64,000 bases of DNA from Paraphysomonas bandaiensis. Taxonomy: Eukaryota > Protista > Chrysophyceae. The notes below the pieces were generated by a model that worked only from the letters and a program-made list of their open reading frames with translations, made no database searches and was not told the DNA's origin. The stretch covers positions 1-64,000 of the forward strand of contig CBFFRP010000275.1 in the NCBI GenBank assembly GCA_965644295.1. The letters are read 5' to 3'. The translations under genes and the position numbers were made by a program. Shown piece by piece: positions 13,350 to 30,384 of this stretch. How positions within the stretch are numbered: position 1 is the first letter of the stretch; each line of letters opens with the position of its first letter.

Positions 13350-13458
13350 TTTCGGGAATAAGTTGAAGCAAATATGCTCTATATTACTGATACACAACTA
13401 CGGCTGGAATTCAGATAATTGTTGTCTCAATATTAGAGGCATCTTTGAACAAAAATAT
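13350..13458 (-). repeat. Dispersed repeat family B (MITE-like), partial copy 1
   Basis: Reverse complement of the 16330-16440 and 47215-47320 copies (...gagacaacaattatctg...ccgtagttgtgtatcag...). Confidence 0.9.
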
Positions 13459-13647
13459 GTTGCTGCTACAGATACCTACGACGTACAGCAGTATACAGCA
13501 GTACCCCCCCCATATATACACACATCACATGCATCATAGTTAGATACTTTACAGTTGAGATGCCAATTCAGTGCTAACATAATAGACTGATATATCGATG
13601 TTAGACCATAGAAGAAATGTAATTGTTGTACTATATAGTTTGTGTCG

Positions 13648-14268
13648 ATGAAAATGCAACACAACAAACGTAAAGTTGATGATATTGAAGATAGTGGTGA
13701 TATGATTACAGCTGCAACCGCCCCCTCCACATATTCAGGTAGAGATGCACTGTCATAGCTAATCTTTGAATAATATCATTTTTTAAAGCTGGAGATACAG
13801 TGTCCACAGTAAATACGAATATTACAGATAATATAATTTGTACAAACAATTCAGGTCATAAAGTCCCATTTCGAATGTATGCAGTAATTGGTGTGTATCG
13901 TGCTCGCTTTAGGTGGAGATGATAAAATTAGCTGTTTGATTGAAGTGGGCGATATATGCGAAGATACAGATGCAGATGATGGAACTATTTTACCTGCCCA
14001 TGATTACCGTAGGCGGCGTGGATTTCAGGAGTGCATGCAGGATATATCGCGAGTTGAAGGAAAGCATTATCCTATTCAATATCATCGAAAAGAAAAAGGA
14101 AAAGACCATCGGCGTAAATGTAGATGGTGTGATAATTATAAAACATCTGTGTATTGCATGAACTGTGGTGTCGCACTGTGCATTAAGAATATGGATGGGA
14201 CAACCTGTTGGAGAGATTTTCATGACGCGCCTTTACAAGTCCAAAGCATCGATGGTGCCCATATTTGA
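13648..14268 (+). CDS. Small three-exon protein ending in a piggyBac-type Cys-rich zinc-binding domain; exons 13648-13738, 13789-13854, 13913-14268
   Basis: Two GT-AG introns keep the frame open into RRKCRWC...KTSVYCMNCGVALC...CWRDFH, the pattern of the piggyBac transposase C-terminal CRD. Confidence 0.65.
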
Positions 14269-14343
14269 AGTTTTTTACATTTAATATAATATCTAATATA
14301 TTCTTTTCATCGATCACTAGCGCTTCCTAAGTTGCAGAGGTAC

Positions 14344-14526
14344 CTTGTTGAGTTCTGCAGTATGATGCGATATATATTGTGCAATTGAAGTGAGTATGTA
14401 GTGAAGTGTTTAGAGTTTAGATTAATAATCATAATTTCTTACTTGAAAGTACATTGTGCTCAACAAAGCAAGATTAAGGTTTGCATGTAGATCAAAGTTT
14501 ACTTCAGTGAAATGTCCAATGCTAAC
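14344..14526 (+). repeat. Dispersed repeat family C, copy 1
   Basis: Matches 41405-41741 (cttgttgagttctgca...ataatttcttacttgaaagt...acttcagtgaaatgtcca). Confidence 0.85.
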
Positions 14527-14834
14527 ATACCTAATCCGAATATGATATCAAATTAATACGCTGCAACACCAAGTCTTGTAGAGTGCAATTATAAAAAGTC
14601 TTTCTGAACGATAAAAGCATAAACCGTTAAAAAGTTTTTATGGGCTCTAATCTACTTGTACTCATTGTTTACATCGTTTCTACTTTACCAGTAATTAGCA
14701 TGCCATGGCACGCCCCATCATTTCCTTCTCTGAAGATATCTCGATAATGAGTAAATACAATATATATTAAATATTATATGATATACAGAAACAATAAGCA
14801 TTGCGCCGCATCAGTGCACTTATATGGTCTAACT

Positions 14835-16124
14835 TCACCACGTCCACCATCCCATCAATGCACCACCTCCTCCTACAACTTCTATAACCACTTCTATTAC
14901 AATCAACCATATCACGATCCACTCCAACTTCGAAGCATGTGCATTTTGCATCTGCTGTTGTATCATATCCAACAGTTCCTTAAGCATGTCAAGCCTTGTG
15001 TTAAGTACCTCCACACGGCTCTCCATCTCCAGGTACTTAGCCACTACCAAGTAATCTGGTTCATACGTGTCCTCTTCCCAGAAAAAGTCTGGCGTATCCA
15101 ATACATCTGAATGGAGGTTAAGGTCGTGACGTATCACAAATATATCCCCGATCATCATTCCCACCCGCCTAATCGAGAGGTCAATCTTGCCGACCCTTGC
15201 AAGCGTCTCAGGGATGAACTTGTACTCCTCAACCTTACGTTCAATTCTCTCTTCAAATATCGATATCACAGAAGATTGTGCAATAGCAACGCTTACTGAC
15301 AAGCGTTGTTTAGCATTGGTAGTCTCAGGGAGGGTGATGACATCATTGGCGATGGTGATGCGAGAGTGGGACTCGTACTCATCAGACGTTATGAAAGCCA
15401 TATCATCCTCACCTGATGCAAACTCGACATCGTTTACTTTACCTTGCTTCACGAAGTCTCGAACAATATCCAGCATAAAGACTTCCTCGCCCTTTGCAAA
15501 CCCCCAGAAAACAACAGCACCAAATTCAAATACATATATCTCCTGGTTTCCTGGGTCCGATATTTTCATTGCAAGATCACGGTTGGCAGGAGGTGGCTGA
15601 GCGTCCGTCAAAGTAGTGTAGCCCTTTTCAGAAGAACCCGTGTACCAAGCTGGGGTACGAGATATACATAACGCGTCACCATAACGCTTCGTCTTCCATT
15701 TAGACTTCGAATTAACAATCGCGATTGATATATGCTCAAATAAGTCTTGCAGATGAATTTCTGTCGCGACACAACAGAAGTATATTCGCCTCTTCTTCCG
15801 CTGGGCCTCAAACTCTCCACCTTTAGTACGTGCTGTTTGTTTCTTTCGCTGGCGGCCCGTTCTTGATAATTTGTCATTAATTCTATCAATATATATCCCC
15901 TCGTCAGTCAAGTTCTCGTCCTCCTCGTCATAAGTTTTGCGTTCAGAAGGAAGTGATATCTGTTTCTTGTATTGCCCCCGCCCACTAACAGTATTTTTAC
16001 TACCATAATAATCACTTGGAGCGAATGAAATGGATCCATATTTGGAGTCCTCATAATCAGTGCTATCCGCTCGACCTGACCTCACAAACTGTTTGTCTTC
16101 ACTCAGTTTATTGTATTCCGACAT
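14835..16124 (-). CDS. RMD1: RMD1/DUF155 family protein
   Basis: 429-aa ORF with YVFEFGAVVFWG, SVAIAQSS, VLDTPDFFWE, YLEMESRVEVLNTRL and LEWIVIWLI motifs. Confidence 0.9.
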   Translation of the reverse strand: MSEYNKLSEDKQFVRSGRADSTDYEDSKYGSISFAPSDYYGSKNTVSGRGQYKKQISLPSERKTYDEEDENLTDEGIYIDRINDKLSRTGRQRKKQTARTKGGEFEAQRKKRRIYFCCVATEIHLQDLFEHISIAIVNSKSKWKTKRYGDALCISRTPAWYTGSSEKGYTTLTDAQPPPANRDLAMKISDPGNQEIYVFEFGAVVFWGFAKGEEVFMLDIVRDFVKQGKVNDVEFASGEDDMAFITSDEYESHSRITIANDVITLPETTNAKQRLSVSVAIAQSSVISIFEERIERKVEEYKFIPETLARVGKIDLSIRRVGMMIGDIFVIRHDLNLHSDVLDTPDFFWEEDTYEPDYLVVAKYLEMESRVEVLNTRLDMLKELLDMIQQQMQNAHASKLEWIVIWLIVIEVVIEVVGGGGALMGWWTW

Positions 16125-16312
16125 GGATACAAAAGAAGAATCTAATAATAATATTTACTTCAGCAAAGGAGTATGCCTTCTGCTGCGTTTGTTTAGATAT
16201 TTTACTGTAATGTTGTGGTTTTCTATGTATAAGTATATAATAGTGCAGTAAGTCAAGGGACATGTGTGGACTTGCTCTTCCATAGAGAGACGAGCACATA
16301 CATAGAGCTCAT

Positions 16313-16461
16313 GTATTGGCATCCTTTGTATATTTTTGTTCAAATATGCCTCTATTATTGAGACAACAATTATCTGTATTACAGCCGTAGTTGTGTATCA
16401 GTTATATAGAGAATATTTGCATCAATTTATTTCCGAAATATGAGATGCTGACTGCCGATAC
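16313..16461 (+). mobile_element. Family B MITE-like element, apparently complete copy with short TIRs
   Basis: Begins gtattggca and ends tgccgatac (inverted, 1 mismatch); internal part shared with 13350-13458 and 47204-47345. Confidence 0.7.
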
Positions 16462-16869
16462 TCCACCACCCTCGTATGGGTAATGTGTGTTAAACATACG
16501 GATATATCCCCGTCATAGGATATCATGTAGCCCGTAATCGAAGGGAAATGGATAGTAAAAAAATTCAAAAAAATAGACAACTGGTTTTCAACTTACGGTT
16601 ACAAACGGACGGTAGAATATCCATATGTTACCTAACATAAACTACAGACTACAATCATGTAGCCGGCAACTACCACTATACATTCTATTACCCACATCAG
16701 TACAGGAGTGTATAGCATTCACATACATGTGCAGCAGTGTATATATACATACATACCTTCATACTATGTGAAGTAATTAAAAGATTACACCCATATAGAG
16801 TTCATTCCAATATACACAAACGGTAGCAACGTGAATTCACGTACTATCATATAAATACATATTAAATCA

Positions 16870-19800
16870 ATGCGAAGAGTTGCAACAGGTACTCAAGCCA
16901 CTCATTCATCAGATAATATAAGTATGAGAGAGACTGAAGAGTACAGTGGATTGAATGTAGAATCTGGTCATTCATATCGTACAGAAAAGGTTTTAATTCA
17001 TATTCATATTAATAGAAAATTAATTATATTTTTTGATTATAGTATAAACAAGTTAGTGTAGGACATTTTGGTAAATGGATATGGCTACTTGTCTTCTTAT
17101 CAGGATTGTTTGTTATGCTACTACAAGGCGATTTGTTTTATATTGCCCTCTTTGTACTTACTGCATGCTGTATTGGAGCATTTTTTTCATATTATTTGGC
17201 AAGGTTATTTTTATTTTACTTTGTTTGTATTCTGTATGATTTTTATATTTTTTGTAGTTATGTTTTTAGCAAAGATGACGGGACCGCGGAAATGAGAGCT
17301 GTCTCGGATCCAATCAAAGAAGGGGCCGAGGGTTTTCTCAAGGTCCAATACGGAGCAATTTTTAAGATTGCGAGTGTCCTTGCTATGATAATTTTCTTTT
17401 CATACGCACTACGCCCATCAGGAAAGGCTGGATCTTCTGGTGTCGAGAGCATTGGGTCTGTAATGCTCGGAATTCTCGCTAGTCTCTCTTTCATTGTTGG
17501 GGCGGGTTGCTCAGCAATGGCGGGCTATGTAAGCATGTGGGTTTCCGCCTCCACGAATATTCGTGTTTGCTCCGCTGCTCGACGGTCTTATCACGAGTGT
17601 CTTGAGATCTGCTTCCGAGGCGGTGCCTTTTCAGCTGTTCTGGCCATTACTCTATGTGTATTTGGTGTCTCAATGCTGTATTTCATTCTTTCTCTCCTTT
17701 TTGTCAACTCTGGTGTGCTGAAACCATCTGGTACACTCATTATCCAAGCACATAATTTGTTTGCTGATTATGTTATATGTCCGCAGAGGTGCCGGTGTTG
17801 ATGGTAGGCTATGGATTTGGAGCCTCATTTGTTGCTCTCTTTATGCAGCTAGGCGGGGGCATATACACCAAGGCTGCCGACGTCGGAGCTGACATGGTTG
17901 GAAAGATTGAGGTACGTATGTCGGTTTATATACAATACTGTGATGGCGTATTACGTTGTGATTTTTTGTGCAACATGAGATCGATTCCCAAACTCGTGTA
18001 ATATTTGAATCGACTCAGATTGGCATCCCTGAGGACGATCCACGCAACCCAGCAGTGATTGCAGATCTTGTAGGAGACATGGTTGGTGACTGCGTGGGGT
18101 CCTCTGCAGATGTTTTTGAATCTGTTGCCGCTGAGATTATTGGTGCAATGATCCTAGGGTCGACATTGGCGGACGAGCACGGTCTGGAAGGGAACGTCTC
18201 ATTCATGCTCTTTCCGTTAGCCGTACATGCCATGGACATTCTTGTGTCCTCTGTAGGTATCATGGCTCTGCGCTCCGGATCTTCTTCGGAGAACCCAATG
18301 GCTGCCCTCAATCGGAGTTACCGCATCACCGCCTTTCTGGCCATCATCGGGTTCTTGTGTTGTGTAAGAGTGCTTCTCTATGTGGATGATCACCCCAACG
18401 CATGGCTACACTTCGCGGCATGCGGAGGTGTCGGTATCATTAACGGCTACATATTCATTCAATCCACACAGTACTACACTGACTATGAGTACAAGTATGG
18501 AATCTAATTATACTGGTATAACGCTACTCACACACCCGTAGGCCTGTTCGGGATATTGCCGCTTCCTCTGTGACTGGGCATGGTACTAACATCATTACAG
18601 GCGTGGCTGTTGGTATGAAATCCACTGTCATCCCAGTCGTTACTGTTAGTATCGCTGTACTCACGTGTTATCACCTTGGGGCTTCATCGGGTGTAGGAAG
18701 CCCTCGCAGTGCAGGTGGGAAGTACTCTTTCATTTTCAATCGACTGGTGTGATATGAAATTATACAACAGGGTTGTTTGGAACCGCTGTGGCTACCATGG
18801 GCATGCTCTCCTCTGCTGTGTACGTGTTGTCCATGAATAACTTTGGGCCTATTGCTGACAATGCTGGAGGTATGTTTCTGCAGTATAGTATACAACTTAA
18901 CCAACCTCTGTTTAGGTATCGCCGAGATGTCTCAGCAGCCCGAAGAGATTCGGACATGCACAGATAAGCTAGACGCTGCTGGTAATGTGACTAAGGCTAT
19001 CACCAAGGTAAAATACATTATTTCTGCCCAACGTATGTGTGAATGAAGCTTTATCAGGGTTACTCTATTGGCTCTGCAGCACTGGCATGCTTTCTTCTCT
19101 TTGGAGCCTTCATGGACGAGTTTTCTCAGTATGCTGGCGTACCTTTCCGTCACGTGGACATTGCTGTTCCAGAGATCCTTATTGGTGGACTCATGGGCAC
19201 AATGATGGTGTTTTACTTTACTGGATTAGCTGTTGCTGCGGTGGCTTCTGCAGCCCAGGAGGTCCGCCATTCTTTTCAATATTCATTCTTGTTATGAAAT
19301 TGTGTGTGAGTAGGTTGTCCTTGAAGTGAGGCGACAGTTGGCAGAGAACCCGGACATCATGACCTTCAAAAGCAAGCCTGACTACCGATCTTGTGTCGCC
19401 CTTGTCACCCAGGCCGCACTCAAAGAAATGCAGTTTCCAGGTGAATCCTAAGAAAGACTTGATTAGACTATCCTGACTAAACTGCAGGTGTACTGGCGGT
19501 TGGCATGCCTGTTGTTGTGGGCTTGGTTTTTCGATTTGTGGGGTATTTCACGAACAGGTAAGGAAACGAGATAACGTTTGAGCATTGTAACAGTCTTGAA
19601 AGGAATCTGCTTGGAGCAGAGGTGCTTGCTGGCTACCTCATGTTTGCTACTACAACTGGTAGGTGCTTTTTGTTCAGTATGGCTTTACATGGACTTCTGT
19701 CATACAAATTGTTGCAGGTATTCTGATGGCACTTTTCCTTGACAACGTTGGTGGCGCGTGGGATAATGCCAAGAAGTTCATAGAGCTAGGCAACCATGGT

Positions 19801-19953
19801 GGAAAAGGAAGCGATGCACACAAGGCTGCAGTTACTGGTGACACTGTCGGCGACCCTTTCAAGGACACTGCAGGGCCTTCTCTACATGTACTCATCAAGT
19901 TGCTCTCTACCACTGTTCTGGTGTTAGGCCCACTTTTTCTGAACTCAAATTAG
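16870..19953 (+). CDS. Membrane H+-translocating pyrophosphatase, K+-independent (type II/AVP2-like); many short introns
   Basis: [64 protein letters not shown] (Lys diagnostic of K+-independence), [24 protein letters not shown]; the 5' exons are less certain. Confidence 0.93.
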
Positions 19954-20815
19954 ATTGAGTATATCGATGCAGTGTTATAGTCACTCGTGTATGAAAGCGA
20001 TGAATTTAAACTCTGTAGAAGGTTGCAAAATAATAATCTGTGGAAGCATATGGGAAAAGCAGTGCATGATGTGTTATAGCAATGATTAAGTCGTGTAATC
20101 ATAAATGCGCGAAATAACAACGAAAAGATAATGAATAAAGTTCGTGTAACGATTACGACTACTTGGCATATAATCGTAACCTCTCTTGCTGATGTTTAGA
20201 TGTTTAGTTATGCCACGTGGCCACGTGGAGGTGTAAGCGTCTGTATGAAAGAACCCTGACAGCCCAACCATGTATCCAATGCTCATATAGCATATAGTAC
20301 TGCAGAAACATTTTCCGTGTCTGCAGCAGACTTATTAAAACAGAATTAATATGACTGCATCAATAGTTATGAAAACTGAAATATAGAGGCCCCAGTCTTT
20401 TCTTATTTATCTGAGCAGTGTATCAAGGGTCCTTGCTTTAGTTTTTCTTGCTTGACATTTTTTAAACAGTACTTTAAATGGATACAGTTATCATCAAATA
20501 CATGTCATATTTGTTCGAAACAATAAGTATCTTTGTATTCGTAGTAATATTTAGGTAACGATTCGTATTTGTTGATATTATTAGTAAGAAAATCACTATA
20601 GAATAATAATGCTACTGAGTAGGGAAGCAACCATACACTGAATACTGTGAAGCAACTAAAAGCAGCTGTCGATATCTCGAATTCCCATGAAGAAAACAGA
20701 CAAATAGATGCTGAGATATATCACAAAATATGTAATATTGGTAGATATTGGTCCATGCACCTGTAGTAGCCGCACGGGACCCAATGAAATAAACAAACGA
20801 CACGAAGAAGCAGAT

Positions 20816-23170
20816 CTAAACATCTTCGTCCGAATGCTCTGTGCCATCATATTCATCATCATTCATGGAATCTGATTGGCTGCCGCTGTCCATATAATCA
20901 TCACCGCCACTACCTCCATCCACGTCCACAATATCCACGTGTCCGCCATCATAGTTCTCTCTTCCAGATCTTTCGTCATGGTGGTGCACAGCGGTCTGGG
21001 GCTGCACGCTCACCAGCCCTCTCGAGTGAGCTAGAACCGCAGACAAGCGATCCTCTGTGAGGGTAAGGCGGTGGTCCAAAATGGACATTGTTCGCGTGAT
21101 AATATCGAGCTGAATAGTATATAAAAATGAGCATACCATGAAAAACATCAGTTCGTAGCATCAGAGCACAAGAAGTACAACAGTTGGTACCACATACACC
21201 GTATAACACGTGACACCTTACCTGCCCAACAATATGATCCAAGGCTCCAACCAATGCAGCTGGAATTTGCTCTCTGTCTATCATATCCATTCCGTTCGCC
21301 GCACCAGCATTCGGCTCTACACTCGGCGGGACTTGAGGTTGCATTGGGGCTCGACGGGTATGCTCTGGGGCGGCAGAAACAGTTGGCCCACGTGGCATAT
21401 GTTCATGGACAGCATGTGAGGTCTGAGCCATTCTAGCCTGTGCAGCGGCCACTACTGTGTGTTTTTTCCCTGCCACAGGCGCAAGTCCCTCGCGTTTCAC
21501 AGTTGGAACAGTCGGATTGGCGGGAGCAGTAGGGCGAGAAGGTACTCTCGACTTGCTATTTGTATCGAGGTTCTCTTGAGAACGAGAAACAGGGAACGAC
21601 TCTTTAAAACTTCGTGCACAACGGGTGGGTGCCGTAGCTGGTCGCTCCTCGGAACTCCCGGAAATACCCATTAAATTAGACCGCCACACCATTACTAGCT
21701 GATCAGCGCCGCCAGAGGCAAAAAAACTTCCATCCTATGCAAAGGCGAAATATATAAGCACCTTCACACAGAGCAAAAGTTGTACCGCCCCAGTGTGTAC
21801 TCACAGTATACAACGAGAACAGCACATGGCGTACCTGTGAGAAGGTGGAAGCCAGAGCAGGCCCCGTATGTCCGTGCAGAGTATACAACAAACGACCCTC
21901 TCGAATGTCCCATATTCGTAGAGAAGAGTCTTTCGAGGAGGTCAAGATATAGTTTCCATTCTAGAAAGAGATCACATTAATGCGTGTCACAAAGGGCTTG
22001 AATAATTGGCTCATTGAAATATCGATCCAATTTCAGAGTCACGCAATATTAATATAAATAAGTACATGACACGTGTACAAAATACACGACAGCTTACCGG
22101 GTGCATAGACATGCCAGTGACGCTACTGGTATGCGCCGGATAGTGCTGAATAAGCTGATGTGACCGCACATCCCACAGCTTTAGACTCTTGTCTGCGCTA
22201 CATGCAGCGACACACTGTCCATCCTTGTGGAACTCTACCTGGTTTACAACACTACAGCGATAGTTATATATGTGCAGTGAACTACAGTATCACCAGAGTG
22301 TGCCGATAGACTAGGAACTAATGACGGCACATACATAGTTCATCACATATGCAAAATATTATACCACAATACTAGAGGATTAGTACGAGCTTAACACGTA
22401 CTCGGTATGTTCATGGAAGCTGTGCAGACACTGGTGCGTTTCCACATTCCATAGTTTAACAAGTTTATCATCTCCTCCTGATAATGCCAGTGTGGTGTCT
22501 GGGCTAAAAACAGCGGAACGAACCCAATTACTATGACCCACTAGCGAGCATTGGAACTTCTTGGAAGGAAGCTGCCAAATCTGAAAACGGATAAAAGGTA
22601 AAACACACATCACAAGCTTAGCACGCTACAGACAGTGTATTTAGCATAAACATCATTCAGAGTTACATCGTATGTATGATTTATACAAGGTTACCTTCAC
22701 AAGTTTGTCATTGGAACCGGTAATAAGGTGACTACTGTCTTCTGCAAACCGTACACTTCTTACAGCACCTGTGTGGCCCTTCATCACGCTGGATTCGCCA
22801 CGACTATACCACATTCAAATTATTCTCACATGCTGATTGATTATACATGCTTACGCTTGCGGAATCCATAGGCGAACTGTTTTATCCTTAGAGGCAGATG
22901 CCAATACATCACCACCCGGAGAGAATTGTACATCAGTCACAACACTCTACCAAACACATCATGAGTGATAGTAATATATGAATATTTACATACTTTATGT
23001 CCAACAAAACGAAATGCTCTTAATTGTGGTTTAAAATTCCATAACATAATACAATTATCTCCTGATCCAGATGCAAGTTGTTTTAATGATGGACTAAATG
23101 CAACTGATGTGACATAATTTTTATGACCACGAAATGTTCTTTCTAAACTTGGATCAATTGATGATATCAT
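20816..23170 (-). CDS. POC1: POC1 centriolar WD40 protein, multi-exon
   Basis: N-terminal [12 protein letters not shown]...[18 protein letters not shown]40 repeats and C-terminal [30 protein letters not shown] coiled coil. Confidence 0.92.
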
Positions 23171-23746
23171 TATTAAAAAGAAACTACTGAATTGATTTCT
23201 TTTACTTTCCTTTCAATAGATTCTTCTAATGAGTGTATGTATGTATATGGTAGAGTGATGCTGTAAATAGGGAGATATTCAAACATTGTGATTTACATGG
23301 ACTTGTATTTTGAATTTTGGTTGAGGTTGATTGTATACAAGTTGCTGTGTAGGAGTAGTAACTTTTCTACGATATTGTTGTACAGTGCAGTCCTCCCACA
23401 AAATCCATAAACAGAATACGCACAAAATATACTGATATGTCAGGAAAAAAAAACCTGAAAGTTTGTAAAAAAATGGATAATTTTATAGGTAATTTCCTCT
23501 TGGTTTTTATGATGTAAAGATTTTATTGGTCTCACATCTCACAACAGACAGTTCCAAGTTGTGGTAGTTAGATGAAGTGACATGAGATTGTGTTCTACTT
23601 TAATATGAAGTAAACTTCATTAACTTCAAATCTTTATTTTTTGTATGTATGTGAAGTCATATATATAAGTATCACTATAAGTGAAGTGTTTCATAAGTTA
23701 CTTATATACACAGTCATATGAATTAATCACATCATATCACTTACTC

Positions 23747-28834
<5,088 letters not shown>

Positions 28835-29099
28835 GCTTTGATTATTGATGAAGTTGTAGCAGCTATAGTATGAAAAATGGTGTGAGACTTGTGTTTGCAA
28901 TGCTTAGTAAATAGTGGTGCTAATTGCCATATGCTTGTTGAACCTTAATACTACGCTAATAATGGAAAATTCATTAGCCTTATATCGAGCGCGTAACTTG
29001 CGCATTATCCAGCATAGAGGTAGAAGTATTTATACTTGTGTTGTGTATATGCAGTGGTACAATAACAATGCGCTGAGTTAGCTTTTGTATTGATAGACC

Positions 29100-29306
29100 A
29101 CTCTTTGGTTCTCTCTGGACTAAGGCGCACCTTGGTGCTTGCGGCGACACGCGCACAAGCAGCTTCTGTAGCGTTACATTGTAGGATATGAGAATTTGTG
29201 CTTGCTAGGTATAGATAGTTAGTGGTCGACCTAGCTTGACTAGTCTTCATCCAACTACTTATCTGGTGTTGGTTCTTGACGCATACTACTAATAATAAGA
29301 CGTTCA
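29100..29306 (-). repeat. Dispersed repeat family A, partial copy
   Basis: Reverse complement atatcctacaatgtaacgctacagaagctgcttgtgcg...cgcaagcaccaaggtgc matches 41021-41080 and 61500-61560. Confidence 0.75.
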
Positions 29307-29423
29307 CAGGGCAGCTAACGTATAGTTACTTGAGTACATAGTTTAGTAATTGAGACAAGTAGTAATTGCAATTATAATTGCCCACAACCTGCGTCGATAA
29401 TTGACAAGTCTTACGCAGCCCTG
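29307..29423. mobile_element. Putative short MITE with CAGGG termini
   Basis: Starts cagggcagctaa and ends ttacgcagccctg; no target-site duplication visible. Confidence 0.45.
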
Positions 29424-29568
29424 TATCAGATACACTGACCCCAAGGACGTAACTCTAATTTTACTTAATTTCAAACATATTACATTTCTACGAAATACTG
29501 AAGTACAAATCACTGTTAACACAATGTAATGGGAAGTAGGAATGGGCAGTCCATGCTTTCATTACAGT

Positions 29569-30384
29569 TTACTCAGCGCAACGCTTTCTAACAGCAACAC
29601 GAAGTAAATTTCCATACAACTCCGAGTTTTTAGGATGGCGATGAAAGAGTGTTCTGTTGTTTATAACGAGAACATCGCCGAATTCCATACGAGGTAGTAT
29701 AATTTCTTGTGCATCAGATGGCAATTCGAACGCTGGATCAATCTGATACTCTGTAAGGCGGCAAGCAGAAGGAAACACATCTTCCTTTATAAGTCTCGTT
29801 GGGATAAGTGAATGCTCAAGATTGAACTGTGGAAGATACATCAAACATATGCAAAGATCTGGTCCATCTTTATGCCATCCGATATCATTCCTGCCTCTTG
29901 GAAACAAGAAACTATATTCCAATTGCACATCATCTTGCTTTATATCTGATAACATACCAGTCTGATAGAGAGAATGTTTTAATGATAATGAAAATTGTCC
30001 AAGAAGATGAAAGAAATCTTTCATATCAAGTAATTTATTAAAAGATTTATGATAAGATGCTTGTATATTACTATGTATATTCATATGTAAGATTTCATAG
30101 GAATCAGATGCCCATTTTTGTATATCATTCATATGGTTATACGACAATACGAAGGGTTGAAGTCCATGTATTGTCCATGGTAGGGATAGATTCTTTAAGT
30201 ATAGAAATCTCGTATAGAGTGTATCTTGTATATGATTATCATATCGTTTTAATATAATATAATTCGATGATGATAATGAAGTGAAAGTTGTTGAAGTAGA
30301 AATAGAAGTTGTTGAAGTAGAAGTAGAAGTTGGGAAATATTCCCATACTGAATATGTGGATGTTTTAGTTAATATATGGGACAT
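29569..30384 (-). CDS. 2-oxoglutarate/Fe(II)-dependent oxygenase-like protein
   Basis: HxD (GWHKDG), distal His (GDVLVINNRTLFHRHP) and Arg (LLRVAVR) in DSBH spacing; ATG at 30384. Confidence 0.6.
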   Translation of the reverse strand: MSHILTKTSTYSVWEYFPTSTSTSTTSISTSTTFTSLSSSNYIILKRYDNHIQDTLYTRFLYLKNLSLPWTIHGLQPFVLSYNHMNDIQKWASDSYEILHMNIHSNIQASYHKSFNKLLDMKDFFHLLGQFSLSLKHSLYQTGMLSDIKQDDVQLEYSFLFPRGRNDIGWHKDGPDLCICLMYLPQFNLEHSLIPTRLIKEDVFPSACRLTEYQIDPAFELPSDAQEIILPRMEFGDVLVINNRTLFHRHPKNSELYGNLLRVAVRKRCAE

